Part shown: positions 28,756 to 38,553 of the stretch, one piece after another
Layout: each line of letters opens with the position of its first letter
Position numbering within the stretch: position 1 is the stretch's first letter
Assembly: GCA_027050205.1 (NCBI GenBank)
Contig: JALUCS010000093.1
Span: forward strand, 1-64,000
Length of the DNA: 64,000 nucleotides
Source of the DNA: a candidate division WOR-3 bacterium
GTDB lineage: Bacteria; Hydrothermota; Hydrothermia; LBFQ01
Reading direction: 5' to 3'
Notes under the pieces: generated by a model
Told to the model about the DNA's origin: nothing
The model's input: only the letters and a program-made list of their open reading frames with translations
The model's database searches: none
Program-made: the position numbers and the translations under genes

Positions 28756-29598
28756 GGAGGGGTTCAGGGCCTCGTACCTGTAGAGGCGGTGATACCTGTC
28801 CGTCCATTCCCTCTTGTAGGGGTTCTCCCCCTTCATAAAGTTGAACTCCAAAAATCCCATATCCCTGTATGCGTTGATGACCTCGTAGTCCAGAAGCCGG
28901 ACGAAGCTCCCAAGCCTCTCCCTCCTGTAGCCGAGGAGGTACGCGAAGGCCCTCCCGCCCGACTCTATTACGTAGCTCGTGGCGAGGACCTCGTCCCCAC
29001 CCTTCAGGACCCAGACCTTCAGTCTCCCCTTCCCCTTGAGGATGGAGATCACCTCCCGCTGTACCCCTACGAAATCGGGGTCGGAGAAGGGACCTTCAGG
29101 GTGCCTCTCCCTTATCCGCTCCACCGTCCACCCGTACATCCCTACGGGGTCCCCCTCCGTTATTCTAACCTTCCCGTAAAGCCTTTCTATGCCGTTCCGG
29201 ACCCTCCTTATACCCTTACGGGTGTTTCTGGAGAGGGAACGTTTGAAGTCCTCCTCGCTTCCGTACTCGGACAGGGGTACGTAGTAGACCCTCCCCTCCT
29301 TGACCGCCCACCGCACTCCAACCCCCTCAAGGACGCCGGTAAAACGGGAGAACTCCAACAGGTTCTTGAACACCACCCTGTAGTACCTCCTTCTAAGTAG
29401 GGCCTTGAGACCATCCGTATCCAAATCGCTGTCCCACCAGTCCACCAAGTCCTGTAGAGCGTACTCCAACCTCTTCACCCTCCCCACCTTCCTTACGATG
29501 AAGTCTCCAAGATCCTCTACCACCCCGCCCCTCTTGAGGACGTAGGCCTTAAGAACCCTCTTTACGTCCGGGTCGTCAAAGACGAAGTACTCCCTCAT
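28726..29598 (-). CDS. GNAT (CelD/BcsL-like) acetyltransferase
   Basis: SLSRNTRKGIRR, FNFMKGENPYKREW; ATGA overlap with the trmD stop. Confidence 0.7.
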   Translation of the reverse strand: MREYFVFDDPDVKRVLKAYVLKRGGVVEDLGDFIVRKVGRVKRLEYALQDLVDWWDSDLDTDGLKALLRRRYYRVVFKNLLEFSRFTGVLEGVGVRWAVKEGRVYYVPLSEYGSEEDFKRSLSRNTRKGIRRVRNGIERLYGKVRITEGDPVGMYGWTVERIRERHPEGPFSDPDFVGVQREVISILKGKGRLKVWVLKGGDEVLATSYVIESGGRAFAYLLGYRRERLGSFVRLLDYEVINAYRDMGFLEFNFMKGENPYKREWTDRYHRLYRYEALNPSLLLRILSLL

Positions 29599-30341
29599 AA
29601 CGAGTCGGCCAACCTCCGCAGTTCTTCGCTTATGCGTCTTATGAGGTCCCTGTCCTCTTCCGTCAGGTCTTTGCCCTTCAGGAGGTCCGGCCGGAAGAGT
29701 AAGGTCCTGCGGAGGGCGTACTCCCTCATCCACTCCCTTATACGGCCGTGATGCCCGGAGAGGAGGACGTCTGGGACCTCCCTGCCTTCGTACTCCCTCG
29801 GTCGGGTGTATAGGGGCGGCTCAAGGAGGCCGGAGTGTATGGAGTCCGTCTCCGCCGACTCCCGATGGGTCAGAACTCCGGGCAGCAGTCGGGCCACCGC
29901 GTCCAAGACGACCAGGGCTGCCAACTCACCGGAGGAGACGACGAAGTCCCCGATGGACACCTCTAAATCCACGTACTCGTAGACCCTCGCATCTACCCCC
30001 TTGTAGTGTCCCCCGGCGAGGATGAGGGAGGGGAGACGAGATAGCTCTATTACCACCTCTTGGGTCAGCCTCTTACCGGCGGGAGACAGGAGTACGACCG
30101 GGGCATCCGGCAACCATTCCTTGGCGTCCCTTATGGCCTCCACGAAGTAGTTCACCTTAAGGAGCATCCCCTCGCCCCCTCCGTACCTGTAGTCCTCAAC
30201 GTCCTTGGGACCGGGGGCGTAGTCTATCGGCGAGAAGAACCTCACCTCAAGTACCCCCTTCTCCACCGCCTTCCTTAGGGGGGCGTACTTTATGGGGCTG
30301 CCGAAGTAATCGGGGAAGAGGACGACCACACCGACCTTCAA
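29595..30341 (-). CDS. trmD: tRNA (guanine-N1)-methyltransferase
   Basis: YGGGEGM, GHYKGVDAR, SIGDFVVSSGE, VPDVLLSGHH. Confidence 0.97.
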   Translation of the reverse strand: MKVGVVVLFPDYFGSPIKYAPLRKAVEKGVLEVRFFSPIDYAPGPKDVEDYRYGGGEGMLLKVNYFVEAIRDAKEWLPDAPVVLLSPAGKRLTQEVVIELSRLPSLILAGGHYKGVDARVYEYVDLEVSIGDFVVSSGELAALVVLDAVARLLPGVLTHRESAETDSIHSGLLEPPLYTRPREYEGREVPDVLLSGHHGRIREWMREYALRRTLLFRPDLLKGKDLTEEDRDLIRRISEELRRLADSL

Positions 30342-30463
30342 GGTCCCCCTATTCTAAAGAGGACGGGGATTTACTTAGGTGGTATCAAGGTACAGGATGG
30401 TACGTCTGCTGGACTTGTGAGGACGTTTAAGAAATTTTGTGATTTTCGCATAAAATTTGAAAT

Positions 30464-30472
30464 TTATCCACA
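30464..30472 (+). promoter_or_regulatory. Single perfect DnaA box TTATCCACA
   Basis: Exact match in an AT-rich 1.3-kb intergenic region; could be chance. Confidence 0.3.
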
Positions 30473-30584
30473 ACAAAAACGAAAAAAATATCTCTTCCAA
30501 CCTCACGCCGGTGGGGGATGGATCCTCCGAAGGCCCATCTGTGCGTTCGGGGATGCCAAGGGCCGGGTATTACGCTGACGGTGG

Positions 30585-31560
30585 TTCAAAACTTTTTCGG
30601 GAGTTGAAGGAAGTACGGCAAGGTTTTGCGGCTTCTTTACTACAACATAGCATCACATCGCACCACATCGTTCCGTCCAAACTTCTCAATAAAACCCTAT
30701 CGTAAATAACGAGAACGGGGGTTTTAGTTGATTACAGCGGAATTCAGCTGATGGGGTGAAGTCCCCTTCAGGGAATCGTTAAAGGGAAGTTTTCCGTACC
30801 GCAGATGGCGGAACCTTCCTAAGGTAAGCCGTATAGAAGGCTGACTTACAGTTTTTGAGGGGAACGGGGTATTTGGCGGATGAGGTGATGTATCCTCTGG
30901 GAACTTGGAGGGACGATTCCCGTCAATTTTCCAAGGGTTGGCCGTAGGGGACGGGGGGCATTAAGCCGGCAAATGGCCAGAAAAATTGGTAATAATTCAG
31001 AAAATACCTCATAAAAATAGCGAAAATGTGTGATTATATAATTAAATTTCCAGAAATCCTACGTTGAATCCCGATCGTTTGATGGGACTGTAAAAGGAAG
31101 AATTCTAAGGATCAACGGGTGAGTTCGGGCTGAAATGCAACTCCCGGTTTTTGAAAGGCAACGTCGGACCGTCCTATCACCTTTGCCGTTTAAGATTCTT
31201 GTTAAGATTCTTGCAACGGTATTTCAAGGAGCTTTAAGTCTAACTTACGGTTTATTGAAGGGTGAGTGGCGATTTTTTGAATTTGACCTTCGGTTTTCGG
31301 GTCAGGTCAATGCGACTTTGGGTGGAAGTGGGCATATCTCTATCGGTGTAGTACCCACCTTTCGGGCGTTTCTTTGGGCATCCAGAATCTTGAAATGAAA
31401 TTAACCATTTCTTAAATTGAACTTCATATTTCTCGTAAATTTTTACGCCAAATTTCCGACGCGGGTTCGGCCCCGATGTCGTTAAATCTTCTGCACCGGA
31501 GGTTCAAAAACATTGAAGTTGCACTACCGGTTTATTGAAGCCTGACTTTCAGTTTTTGCC
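30585..31560 (+). repeat. Cluster of degenerate intergenic repeats with 22-bp subunits (TGAAGTCTGACTTTCAGTTTTT-like)
   Basis: Exact 17-mers shared with 44.6-45.4 kb: AACTTACGGTTTATTGA (31242 and 44635) and CTGACTTTCAGTTTTTG (31542 and 45334). Confidence 0.7.
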
Positions 31561-31627
31561 TATGCGACGTCGTGTGGCGGAGGGGCCCCTATCGTCGCAG
31601 CAACGCTCTCCCAATAGTACTGCATAT

Positions 31628-31645
31628 TTGTGAAAAATATCACAA
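31628..31645. promoter_or_regulatory. Rex/CRP-like palindrome TTGTGAAAAATATCACAA
   Basis: Perfect TGTGA-N6-TCACA; one mismatch to the Rex consensus TTGTGAA-N4-TTCACAA. Confidence 0.45.
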
Positions 31646-31691
31646 ACCCGTTAGAGCAGGATTTCACTACGGCTGCCCTTCACCCTAACCC

Positions 31692-32657
31692 TCACGACAA
31701 CCCCGCCCTGTACCTGAAGGCATGAAGCTCCAACAGAGGGGAGACGAAGACCTCCCTCCCCATATAGACGTGCTTTCTCCACCGGTTCCGGGCCAGGAGC
31801 CTGTACCTCTTCGGAAGGCCCCTTACGAGTTTCCCGCCGGGCAGGATTACGGCCATAGAGATCTCGTCGGGGTACTGGCCACCGCCGGAGAGGGAGACGG
31901 AGGAGAGGGGGACGACGGTTATGCCCCTTATCTCCCTTACAGACGGGTCGTCCATCCCGTGGCCGTGGAACCAGTACCTTGTCACCCCCCGTTTGAGGAG
32001 GCGGTTGAGGACGGAAGCCCCGGTCCTTTCTTGGGCCTCCCTTGGCCCCTGATGGGTTATGAGGACGTCAAGTGGGTGATCTTTGGCTATCAGGAGGACG
32101 TTATCAACGGCGTTCTCGTCTATCCAGGCCATCTCGTGGTAGTTCTTATCTCTTGCCCCCTGCTCTATCCCCCCAACCCCTCCCACCACCGTACCGTCCT
32201 TTAGCCTTACCGCCCACCCCGAAGGGAGGTACCTTATCCGGTGGCCACTGTCTACGGTGGGGAGGTCGCCAACGCCGACGGGGGAGTCGGGGAGGGCATC
32301 GGGGCTTATGGCCGTAAGATGCTCAAACCCCTCGTGGTTCCCATGTACCATAATGATGGTGGCCTCAATACCCAACCCTCCCTCCTCTACGGGCCGGAAT
32401 ATGGCCTCAATCCACGGAGGCTGTGGGGATACCGCCCACTGGTGAAGGAACTCCAACTCCATAGGATTCTTTCGGGCGTGAGACCTCGTGGCGCTGTCCA
32501 ACTCCTCCTCCCTCGTAAAGGTCCCCACGTCCCCACACAGGAGTATAGCCCCGAACTTCGTACCCAACTCCTCCTGCCACAGGTGGGCGAGGGATAAGGC
32601 CAGCTGTAGCTGACCGTGGACGTCCCCCATTACGAGTATGGGGAATTCGTTCCGCAT
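31692..32657 (-). CDS. Calcineurin-like metallophosphoesterase
   Basis: GDVHG, CGD, GNHE, ITH, HGH motifs. Confidence 0.85.
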   Translation of the reverse strand: MRNEFPILVMGDVHGQLQLALSLAHLWQEELGTKFGAILLCGDVGTFTREEELDSATRSHARKNPMELEFLHQWAVSPQPPWIEAIFRPVEEGGLGIEATIIMVHGNHEGFEHLTAISPDALPDSPVGVGDLPTVDSGHRIRYLPSGWAVRLKDGTVVGGVGGIEQGARDKNYHEMAWIDENAVDNVLLIAKDHPLDVLITHQGPREAQERTGASVLNRLLKRGVTRYWFHGHGMDDPSVREIRGITVVPLSSVSLSGGGQYPDEISMAVILPGGKLVRGLPKRYRLLARNRWRKHVYMGREVFVSPLLELHAFRYRAGLS

Positions 32658-32762
32658 ATTTTTATTGTAAGGGGGATAAGGTTAGGAGTAAGGTGCTGGA
32701 GGGGCCGGAGATATGTCCGAATGAGGTTTTCATCTTTCGGATATGGAATAAAATTTGCATCT

Positions 32763-32780
32763 TTGTAAAAACATTCACAA
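32763..32780. promoter_or_regulatory. Rex-like palindrome TTGTAAAAACATTCACAA
   Basis: One mismatch to TTGTGAA-N4-TTCACAA; upstream of the phosphoesterase. Confidence 0.4.
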
Positions 32781-33079
32781 CTTAATAGAAACGTTTAAAT
32801 CTGACCAAGAGGCACCTACAGAACGCCGTTGAGGCATCAGCAACCGCCTATGTTGGAACGTTGAAAGCTTTTCCTATGGGAAGGGTTGATAGGCGAGGGA
32901 CATACCTCTAAGATGGTATTCGGCATAATACCCTCCAACGGCTCCGTTCCCCACTTCGGGCGATCCCCACTCCACCCGGAAAGTTCCCCACATCCCCCTT
33001 GCGTCCCAACCTCGGTAATAACGGTAAGTTCAATTATTTACCATCTTTCACCCCCGACCTTCCCCCTTAGAATTGGGAC

Positions 33080-36000
33080 GTGGCCGACTTCGTACACCTC
33101 CACGTGCATAGCGAGTACAGCCTCTTAGACGGTGCCGCCCGCATAAAGGACCTCGTGAAGAAGGCGAAGGAGATGGGCTTCCCCGCCCTCGCCCTCACGG
33201 ACCACGGCAACCTCTACGGCTCAATAGAGTTCTACAAGGCGGCGAAGGAGGAGGGCATAAAGCCCATCCTCGGTATGGAGGCATACATCGTTGAGGACCA
33301 CTCAAAGAAGGACAAGGAGCATAAGGAGTACAACCATCTGACCCTCCTCGCCGCCACCAACGAGGGCTGGAGGAACCTGATGCGACTCTCCTCCCTCGGA
33401 TTCCTGAAAGGGTTCTACGGGAAACCGCGGATAGACTGGAAGCAGCTGGAGAGCCACTCGGAGGGGCTGATAGTCCTCTCCGGATGCCCCAAGGGTACCG
33501 TAGCCGAGAACATAGTTAAGGGGAGGTACGAAGAGGCAAAGAGGTGGGTGGAGTGGTTTAGGGACGTTTTCGGTGAGAGGTTCTTCCTTGAAGTCCAGGA
33601 CGTCGGGATACCGGAGAACGAGGCCATAAACAAGGCTCTGCTTGAGTTCTCAAAGTACTACGGCATACCCCTCGTGGCCACCAACGACGTCCACTACATA
33701 AACCCCGGCGACCACGAACTTCAGGAGATCCTGATGGCCATAGCCCAGAACAAGAAGATAAGCGACAAGAACCGCTTCACCCTAAGCACCAAGCAGCTCT
33801 ATATGAGGAGCGAGGAAGAGATGCTCCGCCTCTTCTCGTGGATGCCCGAAGCCGTCAGGAACACCCGCCTCGTAGCCGAGATGGCCAACGTTGAGATAGA
33901 ACTGGACGCTACCAAGCTCAAGCTCCCCCACTTCCCCATACCGGAGGAGTACTCCTCGGACGTTGAGTACCTCAAGGCTCTGGCGAGGAAGGGGTTGGAG
34001 GAGAAGATAGGGAATCTACCCGAAAGCGAAAAGCAGAGGTACAGGGAGAGGTTGGAGTACGAGCTTTCCGTAATAGAGGGTACGGGCTTTGCCGGGTACT
34101 TCCTCATCATATGGGATCTGGTGAGGGCCTCAAGGGATATGGGGGTGAAGGTGGGGCCGGGGAGGGGGTCGGCCGCCGGCTCCCTCGTCCTCTACGCCCT
34201 CGGCATAACGCAGATAGACCCCCTCAAGTACGACCTCCTCTTTGAGCGTTTCCTGAACCCGGAGCGTATATCTCCCCCGGACGTGGATATAGACTTTCAG
34301 GACAACCGCCGTGAGGACGTCATAAACTACCTCCGTGATAAGTACGGGAGCGACAGGGTCGCCCAGATCATAACCTTCTCAAAGCTCAAGGCCAGAGCCG
34401 CCTTTAAGGACGTCGCCCGGTACTACGACACCCCCTTTGAGCAGGCCAACCGCATCTCCCAGCTCATCCCCAACGTACCCACCGACCCCATCACCCTCGC
34501 CGAGGCCTACGAGGGGGTGGAGGACTTCAAGAAGGCCGTCCAGAAGGAACCTTGGAAGACGGTAGTTGAGAAGGCCATAAAGCTTGAGGGCTTCACCCGT
34601 GGCACCAGCGTCCACGCCGCCGGGGTGGTGGTCTCACCCGACGAGCTTACAAACTACGTCCCCCTCGCCCTTAGCAAGGACAATCAGGTAATAACCCAGT
34701 ACGACATGGGGACGTTGGAGCTGCTCGGTATGCTCAAGATAGACGTCCTCGGTCTCCGTACCCTCTCAATGTTGGAGCATGCCGAGAGGTTGGTGAGGGA
34801 GCATTACGACCCCCACTTCACCCTTGAGGGGATACCCATAGACGACCCGGACACCTTCCGCCTCCTTCAGGAGGGCAAGACCATGGGGGTGTTCCAGCTG
34901 GAGGGGGCCAACATGCGGCGGATCCTGATGAGGCTCAAGCCCACCTCCCTTGAGGACATAATAGCCCTCAACGCCCTGTACCGTCCGGGACCCATCCAGA
35001 GCGGTATGGTGGACGAGTACATAGAGCGAAAGCACGGCAAACCCTTCAAGTACGACTTCCCGGAGCTGGAGCCTATCCTCAAGAACACCTACGGCCTCTT
35101 CGTCTATCAGGAGCAGGTAATGCTGATGTCCCAGATACTCGCCGGCTTCACCCCCGGAGAGGCCGACACCCTCCGCAAGGCCATCGGGAAGAAGAAGAAG
35201 GCCTTGATGGAGAAGATGAAGGACAAGTTCATAAAGGGTGCCATCGCCCGCGGGTACGACGAGAAGAAGATAGTCAAGCTCTGGGAGGACATAGAGAAGT
35301 TCGCCTCCTACTCCTTCAACAAGTCCCACTCCGCCGCCTACGGCCTCATGGCCTACTGGACCGCCTACCTGAAGGCCCACTACCCTCTGGCGTTCTATAC
35401 GGCCGCCCTATCCTCCTTCAAAGGCTCCCAGCAGCAGAGGTTCTTCAAGAACGCCCCCCTCTTCATAGCCGAGATGAGGGAGATGGGGATAGAAGTGGTG
35501 CCGCCTGACGTTAATCGCAGCGACGTAGACTTCACCTTGGCCAGGGACGAGAACGCCATAATCTGGGGCCTCGGCTTCCTGAAGGACGTCGGGTTTGATA
35601 TGGCCGAGAGGATAGTGAAGGAGAGGAAGGAGAGGGGACCCTACAGAAGCGTCTCCGACTTCGCCCGTCGCACCAAGGCCAACCGCAAGGTCCTTGAGGC
35701 CCTGACCAGGGCGGGGGCGCTTGACTCCATATCCGGAATGACCCGCTCCCAGCTCCTTGAGGACGTCCGGGCCGGTAAGGTGGGCAAGAGGTCCGCCGGC
35801 AACCTCTTCGGCGATATGATGAAGCGTAAGGCCAAGGAGCGGAAGGAGGACCTGAACACCCTCCTGCACATGGAGAGGCAGTCCCTCGGCTTGTACATAT
35901 CCGGCAAGCCCTACGAGGCCTACAGGGACGTCGCCAGGGCCTACGGCTTCCCGAAGATAGAGGACCTGGAGGCGGGGGCGCAGAACGGTGAGGTCACCTT

Positions 36001-36595
36001 CGTCGCCTCCCTCCTGTACTACGACAAGAGGAAGTTCCGCAGCGGTACCAAGCTCACCCTCCTCCTTGAGGACGACACCGGAACGGTTGAGGCCAGTATG
36101 TTTATCTCCGAGGGCCTGACGGAGCTTCTGGACAGGTTAGAGAACAACCTCGTCTTCGTCGTCAGGGGGACGGTCAGGAAGGTATCCGACGAGAACGAGG
36201 AGGAGGAGAGGGTGGAGGTCCGGATAAAGGACGCCTCCTCCATCGTACCGGTGAGGGAGTTCGTAAAGGGCAACAGGATAGTGGCCAACGGGGACCCGGA
36301 CGCCGCCCTTGAGAGGATGCTGAAGAAGTTTGAGATAGTCGCCCCCAACGGATTCAAGAGCATAGACGAGGGGAAGAGGGCCTTCGTTAAGTTCTGGATA
36401 AGGGAGATAGCCGGCGAGGAGTTCGCCGAGGACCTGCCCTACCCCCTCGCCCTCAAGGTCCTGAAGAGGCTAACCGTAAAGGACACCTCCCTGCTGTTGG
36501 AGCGCAGGGACCCCTACGACGAAGCCGCCTACGCCCTCCTCATCAGGGACATAGACGGATGGACGGAGGCCGTTAAGGGCCTGAGGAGGCGTTAG
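33080..36595 (+). CDS. dnaE: DNA polymerase III alpha subunit
   Basis: HLHVHSEYSLLDG, GRGSAAGS, PDVDID, YSFNKSHSAAY. Confidence 0.98.
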   Translation: MADFVHLHVHSEYSLLDGAARIKDLVKKAKEMGFPALALTDHGNLYGSIEFYKAAKEEGIKPILGMEAYIVEDHSKKDKEHKEYNHLTLLAATNEGWRNLMRLSSLGFLKGFYGKPRIDWKQLESHSEGLIVLSGCPKGTVAENIVKGRYEEAKRWVEWFRDVFGERFFLEVQDVGIPENEAINKALLEFSKYYGIPLVATNDVHYINPGDHELQEILMAIAQNKKISDKNRFTLSTKQLYMRSEEEMLRLFSWMPEAVRNTRLVAEMANVEIELDATKLKLPHFPIPEEYSSDVEYLKALARKGLEEKIGNLPESEKQRYRERLEYELSVIEGTGFAGYFLIIWDLVRASRDMGVKVGPGRGSAAGSLVLYALGITQIDPLKYDLLFERFLNPERISPPDVDIDFQDNRREDVINYLRDKYGSDRVAQIITFSKLKARAAFKDVARYYDTPFEQANRISQLIPNVPTDPITLAEAYEGVEDFKKAVQKEPWKTVVEKAIKLEGFTRGTSVHAAGVVVSPDELTNYVPLALSKDNQVITQYDMGTLELLGMLKIDVLGLRTLSMLEHAERLVREHYDPHFTLEGIPIDDPDTFRLLQEGKTMGVFQLEGANMRRILMRLKPTSLEDIIALNALYRPGPIQSGMVDEYIERKHGKPFKYDFPELEPILKNTYGLFVYQEQVMLMSQILAGFTPGEADTLRKAIGKKKKALMEKMKDKFIKGAIARGYDEKKIVKLWEDIEKFASYSFNKSHSAAYGLMAYWTAYLKAHYPLAFYTAALSSFKGSQQQRFFKNAPLFIAEMREMGIEVVPPDVNRSDVDFTLARDENAIIWGLGFLKDVGFDMAERIVKERKERGPYRSVSDFARRTKANRKVLEALTRAGALDSISGMTRSQLLEDVRAGKVGKRSAGNLFGDMMKRKAKERKEDLNTLLHMERQSLGLYISGKPYEAYRDVARAYGFPKIEDLEAGAQNGEVTFVASLLYYDKRKFRSGTKLTLLLEDDTGTVEASMFISEGLTELLDRLENNLVFVVRGTVRKVSDENEEEERVEVRIKDASSIVPVREFVKGNRIVANGDPDAALERMLKKFEIVAPNGFKSIDEGKRAFVKFWIREIAGEEFAEDLPYPLALKVLKRLTVKDTSLLLERRDPYDEAAYALLIRDIDGWTEAVKGLRRR

Positions 36596-37227
36596 CCGGA
36601 ATTCCGCTGATAGAATGGAGATTGCTCTGCAGTCTTATCAATCGGCCCCATAAACTTATCCCACCGTAGGGACGTGTCCCCTGGATAGGCGATCTCGCTG
36701 TAAATTTTGGGAATTACGTAAATAGGAGGATAATCCCATCCACACCTTCAACGCAAGTTTTAAGATCCCTGCACTTCCCATTAACGGATTCTGAACGGTA
36801 TCAGGGACGACTAGTCTTTGAATGGGAATCGCCAATGCGGGAAGTTTCACCGGCGACCTCTTGAAAGTTGGCATCACTCTATCCGCAGAATACCACTCGG
36901 TCTTGTGGTACATTCCAAGATGGAGTACGACATCCCTCCTCCAAGAGGTTGGAATCCGGGTATTACACCGATAGGACGCACATTCAAAAGACGCAATTGA
37001 ACTTCAAAAAATCGGCAATCCGGGGTCATATTTTGGTATCGGTAATGGGGAGAATTTCACCCTAACGGCTCCTCGGAGTTTGTATCACTCCGTCCGCAGA
37101 GACCCGTTAAAATCCGGATCACTCCATCAGCTGAATGCGACTTTTTTCAAGGTTGGAAGCGCATCCAAAATAAGACGTTTTAACGTTCCACCCCTCCCTA
37201 CGACTTCAGTTTTTCCCCCTCCCCAAA

Positions 37228-37301
37228 TCGGGGCACCGGGATTCGAACCCGGGACCTCCTGGTCCCAAACCAGGCGCGCTGCCAGGCTGCGCTATGCCCC
37301 G
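37228..37301 (-). tRNA. tRNA-Pro(TGG)
   Basis: CGGGGCA acceptor stem, anticodon arm CCTGG-TT-TGG-GA-CCAGG. Confidence 0.95.
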
Positions 37302-37359
37302 TAGCCGAGGACGTAATTCTAAGGATGGGAGCCACCCTATCACCGGTATAATACCTGCG

Positions 37360-37722
37360 ATGCAGGTTGATTTGCAGCGACTCCGCAGCGTAATAAGGGG
37401 GACGGGATGGGCGAAGTTCCTCGCCATAATGTACTACATAGCCGCCGTCGGCTACATCCTCGGATGCGTCACCATCCCCTTCGGCATTATAACGATCATC
37501 TTGGGGATGAAACTCTGGAGTGCCGCCGACAACTTGGACAGGTTGAAGTACAGCGATGACCCTACGGCCCTCTACGCCGCCCTTGATGACCTCGGCTCCT
37601 ACTTCGTATGGTCTGGCATCCTCGTGGTCATCGGGATAATCCTGACTATCATATCCGTAATCGCCTTCGTCCTCTACTTCGCCACCTACATGCCCTCCCT
37701 CTACGACCTCTACAGCCTCTAA
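37360..37722 (+). CDS. DUF5362-like membrane protein
   Basis: WAKFLAI, LWSAA, LGSYFVWSGI pattern; three TM helices; ATG follows TATAAT. Confidence 0.65.
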   Translation: MQVDLQRLRSVIRGTGWAKFLAIMYYIAAVGYILGCVTIPFGIITIILGMKLWSAADNLDRLKYSDDPTALYAALDDLGSYFVWSGILVVIGIILTIISVIAFVLYFATYMPSLYDLYSL

Positions 37723-38417
37723 AACCCCCTCGCCCGAAGGAAGACGTACGGCACCCCTTCGGCGTCCCTTATCGTCCCCATCTTATCGTACGGCCGGTAG
37801 CCCAGACCGGCGGTTAGGTCTCCCTCTTTACTCCGAAACTCCACCCCACCCTCCAGTTTCAGGCTACCCCTAACCCTCCTGTAGTCCCTCGCCGCGGCGA
37901 CGGTCAAACTGACGTCTAAGAAGGCTGCCATATCACCCTTGAGGGGGCGCCTGAACCTCCGGAAGGCGGAGAAGGCCGTCCCCCAATCCGCCCCCTGGGA
38001 TAGGAACTTGTACCGGGGGTCGTAGAGGTACTGGGTTAGGGACACTTCGACGTCCCTCTCACGGTAGAGGAGTCGGAAAGCGTTCCAGTAGAGGGGGAGG
38101 GTGTCTAAGCGGTCTATGTAGTGGAAGCAGGTATGCTCCAGAAAGAGGTAGCCCACCCCTTTGGCGAACTCCCGGAAGCCCCCAAGCCAGGCGTAGTAGT
38201 CGGCGTATATGGGGTCCAACTGTATGGGGCCGACGTCGTATCCGAACCATACGACGAAATCTCCCCCGAAGGCCAGGCCGTACCTACCCCACCTGAAGGC
38301 TCTCATATAGCCGCCGATGTCGGCGAGGGCGCTCTTGTCCCTGTACCTGTAGGAGAACTTGGAGAAGGAGGCCCAAGCCTCGTGGTGCATATAGACGAAG
38401 GCGGTCAGGAGGAGCAT
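37719..38417 (-). CDS. Hypothetical protein, possibly an outer-membrane beta-barrel
   Basis: Alternating aromatic strands, terminal Phe, short hydrophobic N-terminus. Confidence 0.55.
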   Translation of the reverse strand: MLLLTAFVYMHHEAWASFSKFSYRYRDKSALADIGGYMRAFRWGRYGLAFGGDFVVWFGYDVGPIQLDPIYADYYAWLGGFREFAKGVGYLFLEHTCFHYIDRLDTLPLYWNAFRLLYRERDVEVSLTQYLYDPRYKFLSQGADWGTAFSAFRRFRRPLKGDMAAFLDVSLTVAAARDYRRVRGSLKLEGGVEFRSKEGDLTAGLGYRPYDKMGTIRDAEGVPYVFLRARGF

Positions 38418-38477
38418 ACGGCTATTGTAGGGCCGCCACAACGACCCCTTTACCCCCTTATAATATCCACCTCAAAC

Positions 38478-38552
38478 GGGGACGTAGTTCAGCCCGGTTA
38501 GAACGCCGGCCTGTCACGCCGGAGGTCGCGGGTTCAAATCCCGTCGTCCCCG
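38478..38552 (+). tRNA. tRNA-Asp(GTC)
   Basis: Anticodon arm CCGGC-CT-GTC-AC-GCCGG, G discriminator. Confidence 0.95.
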
Positions 38553-38553
38553 C

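Noticed and set aside
17899..35869. Long antisense ORFs (e.g. 17899..18672, 20128..21003, 26501..27214, 34766..35380)
   Set aside because: Shadows of real genes caused by codon bias; no motifs.
33080..36595. Intein in DnaE
   Set aside because: Length is normal, and no splice-junction or LAGLIDADG motifs were seen.
36596..37227. Prophage or island integrated at tRNA-Pro or tRNA-Val 3' ends
   Set aside because: No duplicated tRNA 3' end, integrase or phage genes were found; short ORFs in these spacers have no recognisable features.
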